From positions 997 to 64,996 of the forward strand of contig JAXJHR010000061.1 in assembly GCA_036299165.1 (NCBI GenBank): a stretch of DNA of 64,000 nt. The letters run 5' to 3'. The translations under genes were made by a program, and so were the position numbers. Origin of the DNA: Collinsella aerofaciens (GTDB taxonomy: Bacteria; Actinomycetota; Coriobacteriia; Coriobacteriales; Coriobacteriaceae). Below are positions 18,190-26,646 of the stretch, piece by piece (the stretch's first letter is position 1; each line of letters opens with the position of its first letter). The notes under the pieces were generated by a model. It saw nothing but the letters and a program-made list of their open reading frames with translations, had not been told where the DNA came from and searched no databases.

Positions 18190-19059
18190 CTACTCTGCCA
18201 GATACGCTTCCAGCGCCGGCAAGGTCGCCTCCGCATCGTGGCGGCCGACCTGGTAGATACGCTCGAGCTCATCCGGCTCGCGGCACAGCGACGGCACCTT
18301 CACCGATTCGCTCGGCCGCACCACAAAGACCTCGCCGGCAGCCTCACGACGCGCCAAGTCATCGAGCGTGGCATTGTAGACCTCATGCCGATGATCGAGC
18401 GCTGCAACAAACTCCGGGTAGTGACGAAACACGCGCCGCAGCATGGGCATCACGCTGTTGGGTTGCTTCACAAAGCCCGCCGGCTGCGTGAGTACCACGA
18501 TATTGCGGTCATACCCCTGCGCAAACAACCAAGCGCTGGGAATGGAATCAGCCACGCCACCATCCAGATACTTATGCCCGCCAATAGCAACGGGACGCGT
18601 CGCCACGGGAATCGCCGACGACGCCCGGATCCACTCGATATCGCGCTCGTCGCCATAGGGCAGGTCGTGGTAGACGGCCTTGCCCGTCTCGATATCGGTA
18701 CACACGCACGTAAACCGCATAGGGCAGGCGCGATATGTCTCCAGGTCGATGGGATCGCGCTCGATGGGCACCTCGTGATAGGCAAAATCGGCATTGAACA
18801 TGTCACCGGTTCGCAACCAGCTGGTCACACCCGCATAGCGCTTATCGGCACAATAGGCCTTGTTGTAGCGAATGGCGCGGCCGATCTGGCGCGATTTAAA
18901 GTTGTAGCCAAACGCCGCGCCCGCCGAGACACCCACCATATGGTCGCAGGTCAAACCGTGCTCCATCCAAACGTCGAGCACGCCCGCCGTATACATACCG
19001 CGGTAGCCGCCTCCCTCGAGCGCAAGCCCCACCGTGTGCGTCGTATCCGGCTGTGCCAT
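18190..19059 (-). CDS. patatin-like phospholipase
   Basis: EGGGYRG (oxyanion), GVSAGA (GxSxG) and LDGGV (DGG) motifs. ATG at 19059. Confidence 0.85.
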   Translation of the reverse strand: MAQPDTTHTVGLALEGGGYRGMYTAGVLDVWMEHGLTCDHMVGVSAGAAFGYNFKSRQIGRAIRYNKAYCADKRYAGVTSWLRTGDMFNADFAYHEVPIERDPIDLETYRACPMRFTCVCTDIETGKAVYHDLPYGDERDIEWIRASSAIPVATRPVAIGGHKYLDGGVADSIPSAWLFAQGYDRNIVVLTQPAGFVKQPNSVMPMLRRVFRHYPEFVAALDHRHEVYNATLDDLARREAAGEVFVVRPSESVKVPSLCREPDELERIYQVGRHDAEATLPALEAYLAE

Positions 19060-19226
19060 GCGACCATCTCCGTTCCTGCGTTTTAAACCGGGACAAGTAT
19101 ACCCGTCAACATATATCGTCTCAGTCGCATTTTCATCGAACATCGCATCGTCGCGCTACCGCCTGTCGAATAATAGCCGTCCACAGCATGTGCACCCATA
19201 TCCCCGCACTCGAGGAAAGCGGCTTT

Positions 19227-19484
19227 ATGGTGACGCTCGACAAGCACATTTGGCAGATTGCGCCCGTCGACGGCGATCAAGGCCGCAGCACGCAGATCAT
19301 TTCATCGATGCTCGAAATGGCGCAGTCGCTCCATCTGCCGGTCGTGGTCGAAGGCGTCGAGACAAATGAGCAGGCGAACATGCTACGACAAATGGGAGCC
19401 TGCCACGCTCAGGGCTTCCTCTACTACCGCCCCATGCCGGCAAAGGATTTTGAGGCATTGCTCGATGGTGGCAATAACAACTGA
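19227..19484 (+). pseudogene. C-terminal remnant of an EAL (c-di-GMP phosphodiesterase) domain
   Basis: ...HLPVVVEGVETNEQANMLRQMGACHAQGFLYYRPMPAKDF matches only the last third of an EAL domain. No EAL/DDFGTG part lies upstream. It could still be translated from the ATG at 19227 (GAGGAAAG RBS). Confidence 0.5.
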
Positions 19485-19540
19485 TACGCTCGTGCGCAAA
19501 ACGCCACCGCCGAAGGGGGCATTTGTCCCCATTGGCTAAC

Positions 19541-19575
19541 TCATATCCCCAATTCAAGCCGAATTGGGGATATGA
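19541..19575 (+). terminator. 15-bp perfect stem-loop after the EAL remnant
   Basis: TCATATCCCCAATTC-aagcc-GAATTGGGGATATGA, with no U-tract. Confidence 0.4.
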
Positions 19576-19611
19576 TACAAACCGCTGTTCCGCCCAAGGA
19601 GGTTATCCATC

Positions 19612-21141
19612 ATGAACGAATCATATCGCCTGGGCGAGCAATCGATTATTGCCTATCTTCAGCGACTTGCGAATGGCATCTCGACCGCCGAACTCGATGT
19701 TGCCGCGCTGCCTGCTGAGCTACGCGCCGTTGGCGAGCAACTGCAAAAGACGCACGCCATCCTGCAGCAAGAGCGCCGGCTGCTTGAGAGCAACGTCTAT
19801 ATCGACCCGCTCACCAACTTGGGCAACCGCAACGGATTCGACCGTCACGTCGAGCAACTCTGGCACAAAGGCAACCCCTTCACCTGCGCCTATATTGACA
19901 TCGACCATCTCAAGCATTGCAATGATAGGTTTGGCCACGCCGAAGGCAATCGCTATATTCTGGGCATCTGCCGCACGCTCTCCGAAACCATGGAGCACGA
20001 TGAGATGCTGTTCCGTATCGGTGGAGACGAGTTTGTGCTCATCTCGCTCTCCGCAAACGAGACTGAACTCGAGCAGCGCTTGGAGCAGGTACGTACCGGA
20101 CTGATCGAGGCGAGCTCAGGTGGCAAGGCGCCCATGATCGGCAGCTTTAGTTTTGGCTGCTCGCGCGTCGATCCACTTGCCGGCGACACGCGTCGCCAGA
20201 TGACGATGGATGCCGATCGCAAGATGTATCGCTATAAGCTTATGCATCGTGTGCAGCAACCGAAAGACGATGACGCGCCGCAACGCCCAATCGTCGAACA
20301 GCTCCCCTGCAACGACCGGGCGTTCCAAGCGATCTCCATGAGCTCCGAGACGCGCTATCCCTTTATCCTCAATCTCGATACGAGCGAATCGCAATGGTCG
20401 GTTAACGCCGTGCGCGATTTTGACCTGCCCTCCCAGCACCCTTTTAACTCACTCGACATGTGGCTCGCCCGCGTTCATCCCGAGGACCGCGACAACGTAC
20501 GCGCCGAGCTCGACATGGTGATAAACAGCACGTGGCACTTCCACTACATGCAGTATCGCGTAATGGATGCCACCGGAACGTACGTGCTTTGCGACTGCAC
20601 GGGCTACCGCTTGGACGGCACCGATACCGAGCCCAGCATGTATGTGGGCATTATCATCAACCGAAGCCTAGCAGATACGACCGACTCGGTAACGGGCCTG
20701 GGCGATGTCCACGCGCTGGTCAACGCTATTGGAGAGATGCGCCGCGTGGCGCGCGAGGCAGGCTTTATTGCCATTAAGGTCGACGATATCGCCGAGGTCA
20801 ATGCCCGCTTTGGATTCGATGCAGGCGACCGCGTGCTCGCCGAAAGCGCCGCCTGCCTCATGGATTGTTCGCGCGGCAAGGGCCGCCTGTTCCGCTCGAC
20901 GGGGCCGATGTTCGTGGCACTCTTCGATGAACTCGGCCCCGAGGCAATCGACGAGATCGCAAGCGACATCGAACGGTTCCTGGGTTCTCCTGTGCTCATC
21001 GGCTCGCTTGAATATCAGCCGCCCATTCGCGTGGCCACGCTTCATCTGGACGGCGTCGACCGTCAGCCCGTTTCCATTTTGAACGAGCTCAAAGCGTTGC
21101 TCGGGAAAGCCGTGCAGGTGCCAGGTACCAAACTGGATTAG
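19612..21141 (+). CDS. diguanylate cyclase: GGDEF - PAS-like - degenerate GGDEF
   Basis: N-terminal GGDEF domain with an intact RIGGDEF and DIDHLKHCND. The middle region is PAS-like (VHPEDRDNV...YRVMDATGTY). The C-terminal GGDEF-like fold has STGPMF in place of GGDEF. Confidence 0.8.
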   Translation: MNESYRLGEQSIIAYLQRLANGISTAELDVAALPAELRAVGEQLQKTHAILQQERRLLESNVYIDPLTNLGNRNGFDRHVEQLWHKGNPFTCAYIDIDHLKHCNDRFGHAEGNRYILGICRTLSETMEHDEMLFRIGGDEFVLISLSANETELEQRLEQVRTGLIEASSGGKAPMIGSFSFGCSRVDPLAGDTRRQMTMDADRKMYRYKLMHRVQQPKDDDAPQRPIVEQLPCNDRAFQAISMSSETRYPFILNLDTSESQWSVNAVRDFDLPSQHPFNSLDMWLARVHPEDRDNVRAELDMVINSTWHFHYMQYRVMDATGTYVLCDCTGYRLDGTDTEPSMYVGIIINRSLADTTDSVTGLGDVHALVNAIGEMRRVAREAGFIAIKVDDIAEVNARFGFDAGDRVLAESAACLMDCSRGKGRLFRSTGPMFVALFDELGPEAIDEIASDIERFLGSPVLIGSLEYQPPIRVATLHLDGVDRQPVSILNELKALLGKAVQVPGTKLD

Positions 21142-21215
21142 CGCCGCGCCCGCGCCGCCTCCCCCATCGTGCGATAATCCTCTGCAGAAGTCACCAAAAG
21201 CAGAGGGAGTTTGTG

Positions 21216-21839
21216 ATGAAGGTTCTTTTAGTCAATGGCAGCCCCAAGGCAAACGGCAACACCGCCCGCGCACTCGCCGAGGTCGTAGAGCAACTTAATG
21301 CAGAAGGCATTGATACCGAGGTGTTTCAGCTGGGCGCCAAGCCCATTCGCGATTGTATCGGTTGCGGCCAGTGCGGCAAGCTTGGCGGTCGTTGCACCTT
21401 TGACGACGACGTGGTGAACGAGCTCATCGCTGCCGCCGAGCAGGCCGACGGCTTTGTCTTTGGCTCGCCTGTCTACTACGCGCACCCCAGCGGCCGCATT
21501 CTTTCGGCCCTCGATCGCGCCTTCTATGCCGGCAGCAAGGCCTTTGCGCACAAGCCGGGCGCTGCCATCGCCGTCGCCCGTCGCGGCGGCACGTCGACGA
21601 CCTTCGACGTACTCAACAAGTACTTCACCATCAACCAGATGCCCGTGGTTGCCTCCACGTACTGGAACAACGTCTTTGGTGCCATGCCGGGCGAGGCCGC
21701 CCAGGATGCCGAGGGCCTGGCCACCATGCGCAACATCGGCAAGAACATGGCCTGGCTCCTGCGCTGCATCGAAGCTGGACAGGCCGCCGGCATCGAAGCC
21801 CCCGAAGCCGATCGCGAGCGCACCAACTTTATCAGGTAG
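21216..21839 (+). CDS. flavodoxin-like NAD(P)H-dependent FMN reductase / iron-sulfur flavoprotein family
   Basis: MKVLLVNGSPKANGNT, CIGCGQCG cysteine cluster and GSPVYY. Confidence 0.75.
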   Translation: MKVLLVNGSPKANGNTARALAEVVEQLNAEGIDTEVFQLGAKPIRDCIGCGQCGKLGGRCTFDDDVVNELIAAAEQADGFVFGSPVYYAHPSGRILSALDRAFYAGSKAFAHKPGAAIAVARRGGTSTTFDVLNKYFTINQMPVVASTYWNNVFGAMPGEAAQDAEGLATMRNIGKNMAWLLRCIEAGQAAGIEAPEADRERTNFIR

Positions 21840-21853
21840 AACGGCGGAACAAA

Positions 21854-22192
21854 ATGATTCAGATTTTTGGCACCAAGAAGTCCTTCGACACCAAGAAGGC
21901 ACAGCGTTATTTTAAGGAGCGCCGCATTAAGGTGCAGTTTATTGACCTTAAGGAAAAGGAGATGAGCAAAGGCGAGCTCACGAGCGTGATGCAGGCGGTC
22001 GGCGGCATCGACAAGCTGCTCAACCCCAAAGCCAAGGACGAGGAGACGCGCGCGCTCATTCAGCATCTCACCCCCAGCCAGCGCTTCGACAAGCTGCTCG
22101 AGAACCAGCAGGTCTTGGCCGAGCCCATCGTGCGCAACGGCAAAAAGGCCACCGTCGGTTATTGCCCCGATGTATGGGGAGCCTGGGAGTAG
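21854..22192 (+). CDS. ArsC/Spx-family protein lacking the N-terminal redox cysteine
   Basis: MIQIFGTKKSFDTKKAQRYFKERRI has the family N-terminus, but the usual Cys is replaced by Ser. Confidence 0.7.
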   Translation: MIQIFGTKKSFDTKKAQRYFKERRIKVQFIDLKEKEMSKGELTSVMQAVGGIDKLLNPKAKDEETRALIQHLTPSQRFDKLLENQQVLAEPIVRNGKKATVGYCPDVWGAWE

Positions 22193-22278
22193 CTTGTGTT
22201 ATTTGCCGGCGCGTGGGTATAAGAGCAGGCGTTTGGCATAAGATTCAACTGTAAGCCATGTCTAACAAAGGAGGGCAC

Positions 22279-23409
22279 ATGCCCAACAAACCCGTGAAGA
22301 TCATCATGCTTACCGGATACCTCGGTGCCGGCAAGACCACGCTGCTCAACCACATCCTCGCTAACGACGGCGGCATCCGCGCCGCCGTGATCGTCAACGA
22401 TATCGGCGAGATCAACGTCGACGCCAGCCTTATCGCCGACGGCGGCCTTTCCGAGACCGATGACCTCATCCCGCTCACCAACGGCTGCATCTGCTGCACG
22501 CTTTCGGACGACCTGGCCAACCAGCTGCAGGGCATCGCCGATTCGGGCAACTTCGACTACATCATCATCGAGGCATCGGGTATTTGCGAACCTATCCCCA
22601 TCGCCTACACCATCTCGAGCTTCTGCGACGAGGCCAAGGCGGGCGGCGAGCCCAAGCTCGCGCTCGACAACATCGTGGCCGTGGTCGACTGCGCCCGCAT
22701 GTACGACGAGTTCAACGGCGGTCGCGACCTGCTGGCCGAGGATATCGACGAGGACGACATCGAAAGCCTGCTCATCCAGCAGATCGAGTTCTGCTCCACG
22801 CTGATCCTCAACAAGACCGATACCGTGACGCCTGAGCAGATCGCCGAGCTCAAGGCCATCGTGCGCAGCCTGCAGAAGGACGCCGTGATTGTCGAGGCTC
22901 AAAACGGCGAGGTCCCCATGGAAGAGCTGCTCGACACCGACCGCTTCGACTTTATGCGCGCCTACAACTCCGCCGCCTGGATCGAGGCCATGGAGCATCC
23001 CGAGGAGCACGACGACCCCGAGGTGCTCGAGTACGACATCGAGACCTTTGTATACTCGCGCCGCAAGCCGTTTGACCTGCAGAAGTTCACCGATTTTGTT
23101 GAGCAGGAGTGGCCCGACGAGGTCATCCGCGTCAAGGGTCCGCTGTGGCAGACCGGCGATCCGGACATGTGCTACATGTTTGAGCAGGCCGGCCACCAGA
23201 TGCGCCTGATGGAGAACGGCCTGTTCGTTGACTCGGCGCCCGAGGGCGAGAAGCAGAAGATTATCGACGAGAACCCCGAGATCATGCAGATTTGGGACGA
23301 CGAGACGGGCGACCGCATGACGAGCCTGTGCATCATCGGCCGTCACATGGACAAGGATGCACTCATCGCCTCCCTCGATGCCTGCCTGACCGACTGGCAC
23401 CGCGCCTAG
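22279..23409 (+). CDS. COG0523 (CobW/YjiA/ZigA-like) metallochaperone GTPase
   Basis: GYLGAGKTT (P-loop), NGCICC (CxCC metal motif) and a CobW C-terminal domain. AAGGAGGG lies before the ATG at 22279. Confidence 0.85.
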   Translation: MPNKPVKIIMLTGYLGAGKTTLLNHILANDGGIRAAVIVNDIGEINVDASLIADGGLSETDDLIPLTNGCICCTLSDDLANQLQGIADSGNFDYIIIEASGICEPIPIAYTISSFCDEAKAGGEPKLALDNIVAVVDCARMYDEFNGGRDLLAEDIDEDDIESLLIQQIEFCSTLILNKTDTVTPEQIAELKAIVRSLQKDAVIVEAQNGEVPMEELLDTDRFDFMRAYNSAAWIEAMEHPEEHDDPEVLEYDIETFVYSRRKPFDLQKFTDFVEQEWPDEVIRVKGPLWQTGDPDMCYMFEQAGHQMRLMENGLFVDSAPEGEKQKIIDENPEIMQIWDDETGDRMTSLCIIGRHMDKDALIASLDACLTDWHRA

Positions 23410-23447
23410 GTTTATCCAAGCGGACATTTTCCGCCTACGTAACCGCC

Positions 23448-23482
23448 AAACCACCACGAAGGTGCCCTTCGTGGTGGTTTTT
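23448..23482 (+). terminator. rho-independent terminator after the COG0523 gene
   Basis: AAACCACCACGAAGG-tgc-CCTTCGTGGTGGTTT followed by TT. Confidence 0.7.
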
Positions 23483-23503
23483 CATTCCGAGCCAAGGAGA
23501 TTC

Positions 23504-24103
23504 ATGTTCAACATCGTGCTGTATGCGCCCGAGATTCCGGCAAACACGGGTAACATCGGCCGCACCTGCGTGGTCACTGGCGCCTGCCTGCATCTGGTGG
23601 AGCCACTGGGCTTTTCGCTCGATGACAAGACGGTGCGTCGCGCCGGCCTGGGCTACTGGCAAAACTTGGACGTGACGACCTATGCCGGCTGGGAGGATTT
23701 CCTTGCCCGCAACGGCCTCTCCCCCGCCGACGAGCGCCTGCATCTGCTGACCAAAAAGGCGCGCAGAACCTATGCGCAAAGCACCTACCGCGACGGTGAC
23801 TATTTGGTCTTTGGCAGCGAGAGCTCGGGTATTCCCGAGCCACTGCTTGCCACGGCGCCCGAGCGCTGCGAGCGCATCCCGATGCTGCGCGATTGCGATT
23901 CGCTTGACAACGCCGAGGCATGGGAAGCTCACGAGGAATCGCTGGGGCATACCGAGGACAGCCACGAGGTCATCCTTCAACAGGACATCTGCGGCAACTT
24001 CGTCAATCCCGACGACTACCGCATCAGCGCACTCAACCTCTCCAACAGCGCCGCCATCGTCCTCTACGAAGCCCTGCGCCAGGCAGGCTTTCCGAGCATG
24101 TGA
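23504..24103 (+). CDS. trmL: tRNA (cytidine/uridine-2'-O)-methyltransferase TrmL with ~45-aa insertion
   Basis: MFNIVLYAPEIPANTGNIGRTC and LNLSNSAAIVLYEA match SpoU/TrmL. AAGGAGA RBS. Extra segment RDCDSLDNAEAW...NPDDY lies between the IPM and LNLSN motifs. Confidence 0.8.
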   Translation: MFNIVLYAPEIPANTGNIGRTCVVTGACLHLVEPLGFSLDDKTVRRAGLGYWQNLDVTTYAGWEDFLARNGLSPADERLHLLTKKARRTYAQSTYRDGDYLVFGSESSGIPEPLLATAPERCERIPMLRDCDSLDNAEAWEAHEESLGHTEDSHEVILQQDICGNFVNPDDYRISALNLSNSAAIVLYEALRQAGFPSM

Positions 24104-24128
24104 CAAAGGGACAGTCCCTTTGTCACAT
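24098..24128. repeat. perfect 15+1+15 palindrome ATGTGACAAAGGGAC-A-GTCCCTTTGTCACAT
   Basis: Overlaps the trmL stop and lies 4 nt from the uvrA-like stop. Related copies at 27828-27856 and 61235-61257. Confidence 0.9.
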
Positions 24129-24132
24129 TCGG

Positions 24133-26646
24133 TTATAGGTAGCGGCCGGTGATGCTTGCAGGGCAGGCCACGATGTCGCCCGGCGTGCCGGCGCAGACGA
24201 TTTGCCCGCCCGCATCGCCACCGCCCGGGCCCATGTCGATCACGTAATCGGCATTGCGGATAAGGTCGAGGTCGTGTTCGATCACGATAACCGTGGCGCC
24301 CTTGGCAACAAGGCCGTCGAACACACTCAGCAACACCTGAACATCGAGCGGATGTAGTCCGATCGTGGGCTCGTCAAACACAAACACGGCATCATCCTGC
24401 ACGCGACCCATCTCGCTCGCAAGCTTAAGACGCTGAGCCTCGCCGCCCGAAAGCGCCGGCGTGGGCTCACCGAGCGTGAGATAACCCAATCCCAGGTCGT
24501 GCAAGGTCTGCAAGCGCGTCTGGACTTTCTTGAGCCCCAGTGTGGCGTCGATGGCCTCGTCAACACTCATGTCCATAAGCTGCGGCAACGTAAGCAGACT
24601 CCCGTCCTTGCCCTCGCGATGGATATGCGAAGCCGCGTCTGCATAACGTGATCCACGACATGCCGGGCAGACGATCTCGACGTCGGGCAAAAACTGCACG
24701 TCGAGCGATATCGAGCCCGTGCCATCGCACGTAGGGCAGCGCAAGGCGCCAGTGTTGTAGCTAAAGGCACCCGCCTTGTAGCCGGCTGCTTTGGCCTCGG
24801 ACGTACGGGCGAAGGCGCGACGCAGCTCGTCATGAATGTCGGCATAAGTCGCCACTGTCGAGCGCACGTTGGCGCCGATAGGCGTGGCGTCAATCAGGTT
24901 GGCGCGTGCGATACCCTCGGCGTCGACCCAGCGCACATGGCTTGGCAGGCGCTCGCCAGCTGCCTGCGCCTTAAGCGCCGGAATGAACGTCTCGAGCACC
25001 AACGTCGTCTTGCCCGAACCCGAAACGCCCGTCACCGCGACAAGACGGCCGCGCGGAATATCGACTTCGAGCGGCTTGACGGTATGGATGGCATTAGTTG
25101 CCATGCGGATGTGGCCCTGATCGAACATTTCCTCGTCAGTCACCTGCGGACGCAAGCGCTTGGACTCTGCGCGCAAAAACGGAGCGATGCGGCTGCCCTG
25201 CGATTGTTCGAGCTCGTCCACCGTGCCAGCGGCAATCACATTACCGCCGCCTGCTCCGGCAACGGGGCCCATCTCGACCAGATAGTCGGCTTCCGCCAGT
25301 ACGCGCGTATCGTGGTCGACAACAACCACGGTGTTGCCGTCATCCACCAGATCGCGCATCACGCCCACCAAGCCGTCGACATTGGCAGGATGCAAGCCGA
25401 TCGAGGGCTCGTCCAGCACATAGAGCACGCCCGTCGATCGATTGCGCACCACGCGAGCAAGCTGCACGCGCTGGCGCTCACCCGTGGAAAGCGTGGCACC
25501 GGCGCGATCGAGTGAAAGGTAATCGAGACCCAGGTCGACCAGACGACGGGCCGTGCTCAAAAACGAATCGCAGATATCCGTCGCCATGGGCCGCATCTCG
25601 GGCGGCAAGGATGCGGGCACCCCGCGCACCCACTCAATCGCCTCGCCCAGCGTCATGGCCGCCGCCTGCGCCAGATTGATACCGCGCACCTGGGGCTGGC
25701 GTGCCGCCTCGGAGAGACGCGTGCCGCTACAGTCGCGGCATGGGCCCTCGCGCAAAAAGCGCGCAACGCGTTTGAGGCCCTTGTCGTCCTTAACCTTGGC
25801 GAGCGCATTCTCGACGGTATAGACGGCGTTGTAATAGGTGAAGTCGAGCGGCGTGGCGCCCTCGCCGTTTTTGGGAACGTAGAGAATGTGCTTTTTAACC
25901 GCCGGACCATGGAACACGATGTCGCGCTCTTGAGGCGTGAGCTGGCTAAATGGCACGTCGGTGCGTACGCCCATCTCGCCGGCCACCTGCTTCATCAGAT
26001 CCCACATGAGTGTGCCCCAGGGAAGCACCGCGCCTTCGTTGATGGTCTTTGACTCGTCGGGCACCAGGCTCGCTTCGTCCACCTCGCGCATGACACCGGT
26101 GCCGCCGCAGGTAGGGCACGCACCGCCGCTATTGAAAGCCAAATCCTCGGCACTCGGCGCGTAGAACTCGCGACCGCACGCAGGGCACGTGAGCGACAGG
26201 CCTGCGGCCACGTTAAGACTCGGCTCCACGCGCGCCCCGCAGTGCGGGCACACGTGATAGGCGCAACGGCTAAAGAGCAGACGCAGGCTATTGTTAAGCT
26301 CGGTCATAGTGCCAAAGGTCGAGCGCACGCCCGGCACGCTGGGGCGCTGATGCAATGCGAGCGCCGCCGGTACGTGCAGCACCTCGTCCACCTGGGCGTG
26401 CTCGGCCTGCGTCAGACGACGGCGGGTATAGGTGCTGAGCGCCTCCAGATAGCGGCGCGAGCCCTCGGCATAAAGAACCCCGAGTGCCAGCGAACTCTTG
26501 CCCGAACCCGACACGCCGGCAATGCCCACGAGCTTTCCCAGCGGAATATCGATATCGATGTCTTTGAGGTTATGGACGCGCGCGCCACGCACCTCGATAG
26601 CCTGCGGGTTCATCTTCTGTTCCGTCACCTTTATCACCCTACTCAT
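24133..26646 (-). CDS. UvrA-like ABC ATPase paralogue lacking the UvrB-binding region
   Basis: EVRGARVHNLKDIDIDIPLGKLVGIAGVSGSGKSSLA, two ABC modules and Zn-finger cysteines (CPHCG, CPACG, CPTCGGTG, CPTCDGTG). 837 aa, so shorter than canonical UvrA. ATG at 26646 overlaps the upstream gene stop (ATGAGTAG); the alternative ATG is at 26613. Confidence 0.85.
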   Translation of the reverse strand: MSRVIKVTEQKMNPQAIEVRGARVHNLKDIDIDIPLGKLVGIAGVSGSGKSSLALGVLYAEGSRRYLEALSTYTRRRLTQAEHAQVDEVLHVPAALALHQRPSVPGVRSTFGTMTELNNSLRLLFSRCAYHVCPHCGARVEPSLNVAAGLSLTCPACGREFYAPSAEDLAFNSGGACPTCGGTGVMREVDEASLVPDESKTINEGAVLPWGTLMWDLMKQVAGEMGVRTDVPFSQLTPQERDIVFHGPAVKKHILYVPKNGEGATPLDFTYYNAVYTVENALAKVKDDKGLKRVARFLREGPCRDCSGTRLSEAARQPQVRGINLAQAAAMTLGEAIEWVRGVPASLPPEMRPMATDICDSFLSTARRLVDLGLDYLSLDRAGATLSTGERQRVQLARVVRNRSTGVLYVLDEPSIGLHPANVDGLVGVMRDLVDDGNTVVVVDHDTRVLAEADYLVEMGPVAGAGGGNVIAAGTVDELEQSQGSRIAPFLRAESKRLRPQVTDEEMFDQGHIRMATNAIHTVKPLEVDIPRGRLVAVTGVSGSGKTTLVLETFIPALKAQAAGERLPSHVRWVDAEGIARANLIDATPIGANVRSTVATYADIHDELRRAFARTSEAKAAGYKAGAFSYNTGALRCPTCDGTGSISLDVQFLPDVEIVCPACRGSRYADAASHIHREGKDGSLLTLPQLMDMSVDEAIDATLGLKKVQTRLQTLHDLGLGYLTLGEPTPALSGGEAQRLKLASEMGRVQDDAVFVFDEPTIGLHPLDVQVLLSVFDGLVAKGATVIVIEHDLDLIRNADYVIDMGPGGGDAGGQIVCAGTPGDIVACPASITGRYL

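Noticed and set aside
17935-19086. 383-aa plus-strand ORF.
   Set aside because: It is antisense to a well-supported patatin-like gene. It has Arg/Ala/Gly/His-rich shadow-frame composition, no RBS and no recognisable motifs.
22193-22278. Zur box upstream of the COG0523 GTPase.
   Set aside because: No AT-rich palindrome of the TGAAAATNATTTTCA type is visible.
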